From Spirochaetales bacterium (lineage in GTDB: Bacteria; Spirochaetota; Spirochaetia; JABEVK01): 64,000 nucleotides of DNA. The stretch covers positions 1 through 64,000 of the forward strand of contig JBAXAI010000007.1 in NCBI GenBank assembly GCA_037142615.1, in the 5' to 3' direction. How positions within the stretch are numbered: position 1 is the first letter of the stretch; the number at the start of each line of letters is the position of its first letter. The notes below the pieces were generated by a model, which saw nothing but the letters and a program-made list of their open reading frames with translations, did not search any database and had not been told where the DNA came from. Shown here in pieces: positions 9,403 through 18,567 of the stretch. The position numbers were made by a program, and so were the translations under genes.

Positions 9403-10809
9403 TTAGTTCAGAACGCGGCAGGTCCGCTGACAGATGCTTTCGATCTCCCGGGTCTGGTCGGGGGCCAAGGCGAAGGTGTGACCGGCGATCAGCTCGGTGG
9501 CCCGGGCGGCCGCTCTTTCCTCGAGCCCCACCTGTCCCCCCGCGCGCCAGGATCCCAGGCTCTCGGCGGTGGCCAAACGTTCCAGGTCCTGAAACTCGCG
9601 GAAGCGTTCGGCGGTGAGGTCGGTCGCCAGGAAGCCGTCTTCCAGCCCTTCACGAACCAGCTCGACCACATCACAGTCGCCATCGCGAAGCGAAGGGGGC
9701 AGCCCCCCGGCCAACCGCTTGCCGTAGCGCAACAATTCGCCGTCGAGCACGGCCAACACCGGGCTGTAGACTTCGTCGAGGCAGGTTTGGCCCACGGAGC
9801 CGAAGCGACGCGAACCCAGCATCACTTGCCACAAGAAGGAATTGCTGCGCTCCAGCAGGGTTTGGGCATCGACCCGTTTGCCGTTGGACCGGAAGCAGCC
9901 ACCGGAGCCGGCGAACCCGAAGATTCCTTCGTGTACCTCGCGCACGGCCTGCGACATCAGGCACCACTCTGGTGACCCGAAGAGGAGGTTGGAATGGCGC
10001 ATGTCGAAAGCGTCCAGGCGCAGATTGAACACCGTGTGGCACCCCTGCGAAAGCGTGCTCATCACAAAATCGAGGGCGATGGCCTCGGCGAGGGCCAGCG
10101 ACATGGCCGCCGGGAACGAAAACGGCGCGGTGGTGCCGAGCACGGGAATGCCGCCCATGATGCCGATGTCGAGGCGCGGATTGTCAGCCAGTTCAAAGTA
10201 CAGGTCAAGCACGCGTCCATTGAGCTTCAACGGGCTGATGAGGCCTTCGAGCCCCACCGTGTAGCGTCGGCCGGCGACGTCGTACATGTCGGTGAGGGCC
10301 GCGAGCACGATGGGGTCGGTGGCGGTGAGCCAACTGCCCAGGCCGGCCGTGTGCGTCAGCGCGATGCGCTCGCACACCAGCGTGCGCACGGCAGGGTCGA
10401 CATCGCTGGGCGCTACAGGAATCGGCCCGCCTTTGGCTCCCAAGGCCTCGGACAGCCTGGCCATCGAGACGGCTTCGGACGTTGTCGCCGGCTTGGGCAG
10501 ATTGGTCGCGGGGTCGCACAGCTCGAGGCAGTTCCACTGGCCGCCCATGGTGAAGTCGCCGGACCCGGGACGCGCTTCGGCGGCGCGCAAGTCGGCTGCC
10601 AGGCGGTGCTTCCGGTCAGCGAAAAAGCCTTCCACCCGCCCCGCGTCGAGCAACACCCGGCCGCCGGCAACCTTTGCCCCGGCTGCCCTCAGGCGCTCGA
10701 GCGTCGCCGCGTGGTCGCACTGCAGGCCCACCTCGGCGAGCAGTCGCACGGCATCGGTCTCCACGGTGCGGATCTCGGCCGCCGAGAACAGCGGCGCAAA
10801 CCCGGTCAT
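9403..10809 (-). CDS. Trimethylamine methyltransferase (MttB) superfamily protein, non-pyrrolysine, divergent
   Basis: N-terminal LFSAAEI..V...A.RLL.EVG, ISPLKL, GTTAP, FDMR....FGSPE, D.Q...E. No in-frame amber codon. Confidence 0.75.
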   Translation of the reverse strand: MTGFAPLFSAAEIRTVETDAVRLLAEVGLQCDHAATLERLRAAGAKVAGGRVLLDAGRVEGFFADRKHRLAADLRAAEARPGSGDFTMGGQWNCLELCDPATNLPKPATTSEAVSMARLSEALGAKGGPIPVAPSDVDPAVRTLVCERIALTHTAGLGSWLTATDPIVLAALTDMYDVAGRRYTVGLEGLISPLKLNGRVLDLYFELADNPRLDIGIMGGIPVLGTTAPFSFPAAMSLALAEAIALDFVMSTLSQGCHTVFNLRLDAFDMRHSNLLFGSPEWCLMSQAVREVHEGIFGFAGSGGCFRSNGKRVDAQTLLERSNSFLWQVMLGSRRFGSVGQTCLDEVYSPVLAVLDGELLRYGKRLAGGLPPSLRDGDCDVVELVREGLEDGFLATDLTAERFREFQDLERLATAESLGSWRAGGQVGLEERAAARATELIAGHTFALAPDQTREIESICQRTCRVLN

Positions 10810-13319
10810 AGGGCGTCCTCGAGCAAGTTGACCACCACAAGAGGCTTGGAACGGTCGTCGGGCAGCAGCACGGTGCGGATTTCGTAGGGTTTCAAGTCAG
10901 CCTCCCAACTGCGCCCGAGGAGCTCGCCGGCGAAGTGGGCCTTGGTCGGGCGCCCCGTGCTTTCGTGGCAACGCACAATGGTGCCTGTGCCGTCCTCGGC
11001 GCGTTTGACGGCGTCGATCACCACCGAGGCGGGGGTGACGCTGAGCCCGGAATAGGCGCGCGGCAAGGTTCCCGGATGATAGGTTTCGATCACCTGGGTC
11101 GGGGGAATCGCGAACTCGAGCGCGCGGCGCGACAGGTCTGCCGCCCGCCAGTCGCCCGCGTGCGGCAACAGAGCGTAGCGGAAGCCGGTGCGGCCTTGGT
11201 CCATGTACTCGCTCTGGCCGTCGCGCGTGCCCCAGTGGTCGGCAAAGATGGGGCTGCGGACCACCGTCAGGCGCAACTCGGGAGCACCATGGGGCTCGCC
11301 ACCTGCCGGGTGCACCGAATGGCTGCACAGGTCGGGCGACAGCAACGCCAGGCCCAGGGGTTTGCCGTCGGCGGCGGTGCCCGACAGGTCGACCCACAGC
11401 TGGCCCGGCTCCTCTTCGCCGTTGACCGGCCGCTCGAGCGCACCGAAGGGCACTTCCCACGTCGCTTTGGGCGCTGTCACAGCCACCGGGAACACCAGTT
11501 TGAGCAGCTTGTGCGTCTCGTGCCAGTCGACGCGGGCGTTCACCTCGAGCCGGTCCGACCCGGCGTGCAGCACGAAGTCTTGACGCAGGCTGGAGTTGCC
11601 AAAACGAGTCTCGGTGCGGATGCGGCCCACCAGCGGCCCTTGGTCGAGCACGGCCCACGTGACCCGCCCAGACCCCGCCGACAGGCCCACCGCTTTGTCG
11701 AACACGAGCACGTCGTGGGCCCAGGTGTCGCAGTGACTCTCGTCGATCACCAGCGGCAGGGCGCCAACCTGCCCGGATTCCCAAACGGCGCGTCCGGTGC
11801 GCAGGTCGGTGAGGCTCGCCAGCCCACCGGTCGCCTGGTCGATCTCGACGCGCAGAAGGCCGTTGCCCATGACCACGTGACGGTTCACGCCCACCTGGAC
11901 CGGAAACTTCGGCGCTTCGAAGGGCTTGGGCTCGTCGAGGAACACCCAGTGGAGCTTCCACCCCAACGGCGGCAGGCTCACGGGGAACAGCACGTCGGTC
12001 TCGTCATTCTTGATTGTGCGGGCCGCCCTCACCTTTTGCAGCGGCAACCCACGGCCTTGGTCGTCGGTGGCGCCGACAATCTTGCGGTTGACGCGCACGA
12101 AGCTCTCCACCGGCCAGGTGTGCGGGTTGAACACCACCACGGGCGTGCCCAAGTTGGCCTTTTCCCAGTAGTGCCAGTCCTTGTGGCGGTTGAGAGGCAG
12201 ACCGCCCTCGACCATCGTGTCGACCTGCCAACTGAGCCGCTGCACCGCCGCGTTGAGCGCTTCGGCCGCCAGAGTCAGAGCCACGCCTTGCATTTCGCGC
12301 TGGTCGTCGTAGGCCTCGGGCACGCAGCAGCCGCCAGCCACGTCGTGGAACTGGTTGAACAAGGCCCGCGTCCACGCGTCGTTCAGCGCCACCTGCGGGT
12401 AAGCAGCCCCGGTCAGCTGACCCGCCAGCACGGCAAACCTTTCGGCGGTGGTCAGGCGCGCTTCGGCCAGGCGGTTGCTGGCCTTGGTGTACGCGTGCGC
12501 GGCGTAGCACCCCGACGCATGGTGCTGCAGCTCGCTGGCCACGACCGGCAATTCGAGACCCTGGGCCGCCACCTCGTCAAAAAACTGCGGCGGGCTCGAG
12601 AAGACCAGGGCCTCCTCGCCGTGTTGGGCCCGAAACTCCAGGATGGTCTCGAGGTGCGCGATGGTGGGCCCGCCGCCGTGGTTGCCCACACCGTAAAAGG
12701 CCATAAACGGCGTGTTCTGCGCCAGCGCCACGGGGATGATCTTGTCGAGCTTGCCACTCAGCGGCTCGGCCTCGAACCAGCTGGCGTAGTTGATGGGAAT
12801 CCGGAACGCGGGAACGCTCGTGCCGTCTATCCCTTGCCAGAGGAACAAATTGCCCGGCAGGGTCATCTCGTGTTCCTGGGGCCGCATCATCACGTAGCGG
12901 GGCATGCCGCTCTGAGTCAGGATCTGGGGCAACGCCGCGTTGTGGCCGAACGAGTCGACGTTGTAGCCCACGGTGGAGACTTTGCCCAGGTGCTCGCGGA
13001 AATACCGCTGGCCCAGCAGAGACTGCCGGGCGAACGACTCACCCGACGGCAGGTTGCAGTCCGGCTGGATGATCCAGCCCCCCACAAGCACCCACCGCCC
13101 CTCGTTCACCCGCCGGCGGATCTCGGCGAACATCGCGGGTTCGTTGTCTTCGATCCACCGGTAGTACTGCGAGCAAGCGCAGGTGAACACGAACTCGGGG
13201 TAGCCCTCCATCCGGTCGAGCGCGGAGCGGAAGGTGGCCTTTACCTCGGCAAAGCCTTCCTGCCACCGCCACAACCACACCGGATCGATGTGAGCATTTC
13301 CTACCATGTGTAGTCGCAC
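10806..13319 (-). CDS. GH38 alpha-mannosidase
   Basis: GTG start after AGGAGG; GNAHIDPVWLW, QPDCNLPSGES, DSFGH, GNHGGGPT, NQFHD. Confidence 0.93.
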   Translation of the reverse strand: MRLHMVGNAHIDPVWLWRWQEGFAEVKATFRSALDRMEGYPEFVFTCACSQYYRWIEDNEPAMFAEIRRRVNEGRWVLVGGWIIQPDCNLPSGESFARQSLLGQRYFREHLGKVSTVGYNVDSFGHNAALPQILTQSGMPRYVMMRPQEHEMTLPGNLFLWQGIDGTSVPAFRIPINYASWFEAEPLSGKLDKIIPVALAQNTPFMAFYGVGNHGGGPTIAHLETILEFRAQHGEEALVFSSPPQFFDEVAAQGLELPVVASELQHHASGCYAAHAYTKASNRLAEARLTTAERFAVLAGQLTGAAYPQVALNDAWTRALFNQFHDVAGGCCVPEAYDDQREMQGVALTLAAEALNAAVQRLSWQVDTMVEGGLPLNRHKDWHYWEKANLGTPVVVFNPHTWPVESFVRVNRKIVGATDDQGRGLPLQKVRAARTIKNDETDVLFPVSLPPLGWKLHWVFLDEPKPFEAPKFPVQVGVNRHVVMGNGLLRVEIDQATGGLASLTDLRTGRAVWESGQVGALPLVIDESHCDTWAHDVLVFDKAVGLSAGSGRVTWAVLDQGPLVGRIRTETRFGNSSLRQDFVLHAGSDRLEVNARVDWHETHKLLKLVFPVAVTAPKATWEVPFGALERPVNGEEEPGQLWVDLSGTAADGKPLGLALLSPDLCSHSVHPAGGEPHGAPELRLTVVRSPIFADHWGTRDGQSEYMDQGRTGFRYALLPHAGDWRAADLSRRALEFAIPPTQVIETYHPGTLPRAYSGLSVTPASVVIDAVKRAEDGTGTIVRCHESTGRPTKAHFAGELLGRSWEADLKPYEIRTVLLPDDRSKPLVVVNLLEDAL

Positions 13320-13369
13320 AGCGGGCCTCCTCTGCGCGCCGATTCTGCGGACACGCCACAAATTGGGGA

Positions 13370-13495
13370 CCTGACGCGCCAATCTCTTCGGTCTGGCTTC
13401 GGCTTCGCTTGCTGAGGTACTCACGTACTTTCCAGTACGCTCCGTTCCTCGCGTCGCTACCGCCTTTGCCACACCGAAGATCTTGTCGTGCAGAA
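13370..13495. repeat. Long imperfect intergenic inverted repeat (REP/MITE-like or structured RNA)
   Basis: Nested arms TCTTCGGT (13385-92)/ACCGAAGA (13473-80), TGGC/GCCA, GAGG/CCTC and apical CGTACT-TTCC-AGTACG (13424-39), all centred near 13432. Confidence 0.6.
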
Positions 13496-13526
13496 CCGGC
13501 TTGAAATCTTTCTGCGCCAGACAACC

Positions 13527-14837
13527 CTAGAAGAACTTCTCGAGGTAAGCCTTGTTCACGGCAAGCAGTTCGTCCACCAGAGTTCGGCGTTCGGCGAGCG
13601 TGAGGGTGTAGCACATGGGGTCCATGCTCAGAGCCTTGACGCACAGCTCGCGGCTGCCGGTCATGGCGGCTTCCACCACGGCGTCTTGCACCGCCGCGTG
13701 CAGCGCCGAGATCTCGGCAACCCCCTGCGGCAGCGGCCCGACGTTGCAGCCCATCCAGCCACCCTGGTCGATCACGACGGGCACTTCGACCACGCAGCTG
13801 TCGGGCAGGTTGCGGATGCAGCCGTTGTTCATAATGTTGGCGTAGAACACGTAGGCTCGGTTGAGCACCACGGCATCGACGAGGTCGTGAAGGTGCTCGG
13901 AATGCTTGTCGGGCACCAGTTCCTTGAGGGTCTTCTTGCCATTCATGAAGTCCTGCAGCTCGCCCCAACGCTTGTCGCGGTCCTTCATGCGGTTGTCGAT
14001 GGAGTTTTGCTCCAGGTGGAACTGCTTGACGTCGACGCCTTTGCGGATGAACCAGGGCATGTACTCGATGGTGTGGATGTCAAAGTTGCAGGGCCAGGCG
14101 CCGAACAGCTCGTACATTTCCATGGTCAGGTGCTCGCCGGTGTACTCGCCCTTGGCCTCGCTGGCCTTGAAGCTGGCCAACAGGTCGGGGAACAGGTCGC
14201 GGCCCTTGTGGGTCAACTCGGTGACGAACTCAAAGTGGTTCACGCCGCCGGCCTTGAAATGGATCTCGTCCAGCGGGATGCCGAGGCGGTTGCTCCAGAG
14301 GCGGATGGAGTGGCGCAGGCCATGGCACAGACCGATGCTTTTGATCTTGGAGTAGCGCTGGTAACCCAGGGTGAGCACTTGCATGGGGTTGCTGAAGTTG
14401 AACAGCCAGGCGTTCGGGCAGCGCTTTTCCATCTCCTGCGCGATTTTGACGATGAACTGCGTCTGCTTCAGGCCCATGATCATCCCGCCGGGGCCGACCG
14501 ACATGCCCTTGGGGTGCTGCAGGCCGTAGCGCTCGATGATGTCGAGCTCCTGCTTCCAGGTGACGTGACCGCCCACGAGCACCGAGTTGACCACGATGTC
14601 GGCGCCGTCGAGCGAACCGTACAGGTCGGTTGTCGTTTCGATGGTCACCTTTTTGCCTTTTTCGGCGAAGGCCTTTTCGCAGAACGCCTTCATGGCGTCG
14701 TTGGCCTTTTTGTCGATGTCCATCAGGACGAGGGTTCCGCCGTCGAAGCTCTGCGACTCGCACAGGTCGCGCGTGAAGACGAGGGTCCAGGTGATGCTTC
14801 CTCCCCCGAGGAAGACGATGCGGGGATGGCTAGACAT
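13527..14837 (-). CDS. GH4 NAD+-dependent glycosidase (alpha-galactosidase/alpha-glucosidase-like)
   Basis: FLGGGS Rossmann motif, GPGG, NFSNP, GLCHG, GVNH, VVEVP. Confidence 0.92.
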   Translation of the reverse strand: MSSHPRIVFLGGGSITWTLVFTRDLCESQSFDGGTLVLMDIDKKANDAMKAFCEKAFAEKGKKVTIETTTDLYGSLDGADIVVNSVLVGGHVTWKQELDIIERYGLQHPKGMSVGPGGMIMGLKQTQFIVKIAQEMEKRCPNAWLFNFSNPMQVLTLGYQRYSKIKSIGLCHGLRHSIRLWSNRLGIPLDEIHFKAGGVNHFEFVTELTHKGRDLFPDLLASFKASEAKGEYTGEHLTMEMYELFGAWPCNFDIHTIEYMPWFIRKGVDVKQFHLEQNSIDNRMKDRDKRWGELQDFMNGKKTLKELVPDKHSEHLHDLVDAVVLNRAYVFYANIMNNGCIRNLPDSCVVEVPVVIDQGGWMGCNVGPLPQGVAEISALHAAVQDAVVEAAMTGSRELCVKALSMDPMCYTLTLAERRTLVDELLAVNKAYLEKFF

Positions 14838-14871
14838 AGGTATCTCCTTGTTGACGTTTGAGTGACAAAAA

Positions 14872-15780
14872 CTACTCTTTGATTGCGCCGATCATGTACC
14901 CCTTGGCGAAGTACTTCTGCATGAACGGGTACATCACCAGAATGGGGGCCACGCTGAAGATGATGATGGCGTAGCGCATCTGGATTCCGAGCATGGTCTT
15001 CTCCACCGACTGCACCATCGGTACCGAGAAGTTCACCGTGTGGTTGATGAGGATCTTCTGAAGAAGAACCTGCAGGGGCTGAAGCTTGGAGCTCGAGAGG
15101 AAGATCAAGGCGTTGAAGAACGTGTTCCAGAAGCCGACGAAGTTGAACACCACCAGCACCGCGATGATGGGCCCCGACAGCGGCAACACGACGCGCAGCA
15201 GAAACTGGATGTCGGTGGCGCCGTCGATTTTGGCCGAGTCGGCCAGCGCTTCGGGGATACTCGACTGGAAGAACACCCGGGTGATGATGACGTTCCAGCT
15301 GGCCATGGCTGCCGGGATGACGATGGCCCACATGGTGTTGTATAGCCCCAGCTGCACGATGAGAAGGAACAACGGGATCAGGCCGCCCGAAAAGAACATC
15401 GGGATGGCGGTGAAGATCATCAGCGGGCTGCGCAAGAAGAAGTCCTTGCGGCTGAGCGGATAGCTGAAGGTGATGGTCATCACGATGTTGAGCGCGGTGC
15501 CCACGACGGCGTACCAGCAGGTGTTGTAGAGGCTGATCCACAGGTTCTTGTCTTGCAGCAGCAGCTCGTAGCTCTTGATTGAGAACCCCTCGGGCCACAG
15601 CCACACCTTGCCGCGGATCACCTCGGCGGGGTCGCTGATGCTCATGCTCAGCACGTACACGAAGGGGTAGAGGGTGATCAGCACCGCGAAGATCAGCACC
15701 AGATGGATGAGAATCGAATTGATGATTTCCAACGGGGACTGGTGGACGCGGTGGCGGATCTTGGGGCTGGCGGCTACCAT
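14872..15780 (-). CDS. Carbohydrate ABC transporter permease
   Basis: FSGGLIP, EAA-like loop LADSAKIDGA, YPFMQKYF.KG..IGAIKE. Confidence 0.95.
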   Translation of the reverse strand: MVAASPKIRHRVHQSPLEIINSILIHLVLIFAVLITLYPFVYVLSMSISDPAEVIRGKVWLWPEGFSIKSYELLLQDKNLWISLYNTCWYAVVGTALNIVMTITFSYPLSRKDFFLRSPLMIFTAIPMFFSGGLIPLFLLIVQLGLYNTMWAIVIPAAMASWNVIITRVFFQSSIPEALADSAKIDGATDIQFLLRVVLPLSGPIIAVLVVFNFVGFWNTFFNALIFLSSSKLQPLQVLLQKILINHTVNFSVPMVQSVEKTMLGIQMRYAIIIFSVAPILVMYPFMQKYFAKGYMIGAIKE

Positions 15781-16730
15781 AGCGACACCTCGTTGACTTT
15801 CTTGCTGATTTGATTGGTGATCGTGAGCATCACGAAGCCGATGACCGAGGTGAACAGGCCGATCGCCGTCGAGAAGCTGTAGTTGGCGCCCAGGATGCCG
15901 TCGCGGTAGATGTAGGTGCCGATGACGTCCGAGGTTTCGTAGATGGCGGGGTTATAAAGCAGGATGACCTTGTCGGCACCGACGGACAAAATGCCGCCGA
16001 TGTTGAGGATGAGCATGGTCACCACCGTCGGCATGATGGAAGGCAGCGTAATGCTCATCATCATGCGGTAGCGGTTGGCGCCGTCGATGCGGGCCGCTTC
16101 GTAGAGCTGCGGATCCACCGACGAAAGAGCCCCAAGAAAGATGATGGAGTTCCAGCCGAAGTTCTGCCACACGTCGGACCCGACGTACAGCGGGCGGAAC
16201 CATTCGGCGTTGCCCAGGATCTGGCTGTCGTTGCCCGTGAGCCAGACCACCAGGTTGTAGAAGATGCCCCCGGAGCTCGAGAACATGTTGTACATGATGC
16301 CCACCACCACCACCACCGAAATGAAGTGCGGAAAGTAGCTGATGGACTGGACGGTCCGCTTGAAGAACTGGTTCTTGACCTCATTGAGCAGCAGGGCAAA
16401 CAGGATGGGCATGGGAAAGCCCCACACCAGCGTCCAGAAGCTCAGGATGACGGTGTTCGAAAAGAGCCGGTAGAAGTAGATGGATGAAAAAAACTGCTCA
16501 AACCAACGAAAGCCCACCCAGGGACTGTCGAGTGTGCCCTTGGTGATGTTGAGGTCGTTGAAGGCGTTGAGCACGCCGTACATCGGAACGTAATTGAACA
16601 CGAACAGATACAGGGCCCCGGGGAGCACCAGAAGGAGCATGTACTTGCTGCGGTTGACGTTCCGCACCAAGCCCTTCCAACCCCTTTGACCGAGGGGAAG
16701 CGGACGTTTGACGGCTTTGGCTGTTGCCAT
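15774..16730 (-). CDS. Carbohydrate ABC transporter permease (LplB-type)
   Basis: YVPMYG, PWVG..WF, PHFIS, LYEAARIDGA, DVIGTY. Confidence 0.95.
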   Translation of the reverse strand: MATAKAVKRPLPLGQRGWKGLVRNVNRSKYMLLLVLPGALYLFVFNYVPMYGVLNAFNDLNITKGTLDSPWVGFRWFEQFFSSIYFYRLFSNTVILSFWTLVWGFPMPILFALLLNEVKNQFFKRTVQSISYFPHFISVVVVVGIMYNMFSSSGGIFYNLVVWLTGNDSQILGNAEWFRPLYVGSDVWQNFGWNSIIFLGALSSVDPQLYEAARIDGANRYRMMMSITLPSIMPTVVTMLILNIGGILSVGADKVILLYNPAIYETSDVIGTYIYRDGILGANYSFSTAIGLFTSVIGFVMLTITNQISKKVNEVSLW

Positions 16731-16787
16731 GGGGACCTTCCGATTTTGGGATAGTGGGCGGTTGTCAGGGGAGCGACTCATGCGAAA

Positions 16788-16819
16788 GTTGAGCCGGGTC
16801 CTTGCGGGCCCGGCCCAAC
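16788..16819 (-). terminator. Stem-loop after the solute-binding protein gene (partial terminator or mRNA stabiliser)
   Basis: Minus strand GTTGGGCCGGGCCC-GCAA-GGACCCGGCTCAAC followed by TTT; GNRA tetraloop. Confidence 0.65.
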
Positions 16820-16838
16820 CGAGAAAACAGAAGAGAGG

Positions 16839-18401
16839 CTACTTGGCGTAGCGGGTGTACTGGGCCTGCTTGATCTTGATCACGTCTTCGATGCCCAAGG
16901 TCTTGAGCTGGGCGACGAACGCGTCGTAGGTCGACAGGGATTCGGTACCGATGATGAACTTGGCCATCTTTTCGCTGATCAGCGTCTTGATGTCGTTGTA
17001 CTTGGTCTTGCCGAGGGCGTCGGATTCAGCGGGGGTCGAGGGCAGCGAGCCGAAATAGAAGCCGCGGCGGAACATTCCCATCTTGTCCATGTCGGCCAAG
17101 CGGTCCTTGTAGCCTTGGGTCAGCGTGGGCAACTGGGCAGCGAAGGCATCAAGCGGGAAGGTGTGCGGCCAGCGCGAGGCACCGAGCGAAGCCAGGTAGC
17201 TGCCGACGTTGCCATCACCGTAATGCGACTTCAGCGCTTCCTGGGTGTAGGCCTTGGTTCCGTCCTTGGCGACGTTGTAGCTCACGCCACGGATACCCCA
17301 GTTCATCAGGTCGGCACCAGTCTTGGTGGCGAACACGAAGTTGAGGAACTGAACGGCGAGTTCGGCGTTCTTCGAGGTCTTCGAAACCATCCAGCGCTCG
17401 TTGTTCACGGGGCCGTACTGTTCGCTGCTGGCGAGGCCGGTGGGTCCCTTGGGAGGATAGGCCACGGTCCAGGCAACGTTCGGGTAGTCCTTCTTCATCT
17501 GGGCGTTCCAGTCGTCAAACGCAGCGGTCCAAGCCAGGCGGGCGCCGACCTTGTCGGTCAGGGTCTTGGCGTCGATGGCATCGCCGTGTTCGTTGGGGAA
17601 CTCGTTGTCGATGAGCTTGGCCTTGTACCAGCGGTTCATCGTGGTCAGGAAGTCCTTCATGTTGGCGATGGTGTCGGCCGAGTAGAAGTCAAAGTTGACC
17701 TTGCCCTTGGCATCGACGCTCCACCAATCGTTCCAAGGCGACAGGCCCCACGACTGAGCGAAGCTGTTGAGGTTGTTGCTGTAGCCGGCGGCATAGGGAA
17801 TCGAGCCAGGAATCTTGTCGCGGAACAGGGTCAGCATCTTTTCCCAGTCGGCAATGGTCTTGGGATCACCCACACCCACTTGAGCGGCCCAGTCAGCGCG
17901 GTAGCCGATGCCCAGGATGTTGAAGCGGTTGTCATACTGCGACACCCGGCCCGGATAGCCGTAGATGTGGCCGTCGGTCGCGGTGATGTCCTTCTTGATG
18001 ACAGGGAGGTCCTTCATCAGTTGGACGGTCTCGGGAGCCACTTTGTTGATAAGGGCATCGAGGGGTTGGATGACGCCGTCATTGGCGAGCTTGACGATGT
18101 CGAAGTTGCCGCCCATGACGAACAGGTCGGGAAGGTTGGTCTTGGCCGCGAGGCGGGGAAGCAACAGGGCACCGTAGTCGGCTGCGGTCTCAATCTCGAG
18201 CTTGACGCCGGTCAGCGCTTCAAACTGCTGGAGAATGGGGAAATCCTCGACGCCATTGTTGAAGTCCTTATCATCGGCTTCGACGTTCGACACGAGAATC
18301 TTCAGAACTTTGCCCTGGCCAAAGGGTTTGACCGCCTGGGCGTACGCCAGACTCATTCCCAATAACAGAGCGACTGAAACGAAGAATGCTTTCTTCATCA
18401 T
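16839..18401 (-). CDS. ABC transporter extracellular solute-binding protein
   Basis: AGGAGG then MMKKAFF signal peptide; LPDL, DGHIYGYP, YRADW, C-terminal KFIIG...YD.FV..LK.LG. Confidence 0.93.
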   Translation of the reverse strand: MMKKAFFVSVALLLGMSLAYAQAVKPFGQGKVLKILVSNVEADDKDFNNGVEDFPILQQFEALTGVKLEIETAADYGALLLPRLAAKTNLPDLFVMGGNFDIVKLANDGVIQPLDALINKVAPETVQLMKDLPVIKKDITATDGHIYGYPGRVSQYDNRFNILGIGYRADWAAQVGVGDPKTIADWEKMLTLFRDKIPGSIPYAAGYSNNLNSFAQSWGLSPWNDWWSVDAKGKVNFDFYSADTIANMKDFLTTMNRWYKAKLIDNEFPNEHGDAIDAKTLTDKVGARLAWTAAFDDWNAQMKKDYPNVAWTVAYPPKGPTGLASSEQYGPVNNERWMVSKTSKNAELAVQFLNFVFATKTGADLMNWGIRGVSYNVAKDGTKAYTQEALKSHYGDGNVGSYLASLGASRWPHTFPLDAFAAQLPTLTQGYKDRLADMDKMGMFRRGFYFGSLPSTPAESDALGKTKYNDIKTLISEKMAKFIIGTESLSTYDAFVAQLKTLGIEDVIKIKQAQYTRYAK

Positions 18402-18472
18402 ACATGACCTCCTGAACTTTTCACCGGGCAGACCGCTCGGTAGGTGGGTCTTTCGGCCCGCCCTTTTGTTCG

Positions 18473-18518
18473 ATTCTGGATACAATATCCGTATTTGCCA
18501 AGGCTGGATTTTTTATCC
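18473..18518 (-). promoter_or_regulatory. Promoter TTGGCA-N17-CAGAAT with paired GGAT-N5-ATCC operator, copy 2
   Basis: GGATACAATATCC (18478-90) and GGATTTTTTATCC (18506-18); -35 at 18496-501, -10 at 18473-78. Confidence 0.78.
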
Positions 18519-18567
18519 TAGGAGTCTTTTTTTCAGATTAGGGGTGAAATTTTCGAACTAGAGCACG

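Noticed and set aside
9403-10809. Pyrrolysine recoding in the MttB-family gene
   Set aside because: The ORF is uninterrupted, ends in TAA, and no pyl genes are present.
10935-13313. Long antisense ORFs (also 1958..3937, 40506..42485, 43398..45218, 59025..60707)
   Set aside because: Shadow frames expected in high-GC coding DNA; no motifs, and they mirror well-supported genes.
18473-18518. Sigma54 promoter suggested by TGGCA
   Set aside because: No TTGC at the -12 position; a sigma70-like N17 geometry fits and recurs at 21527-21555.
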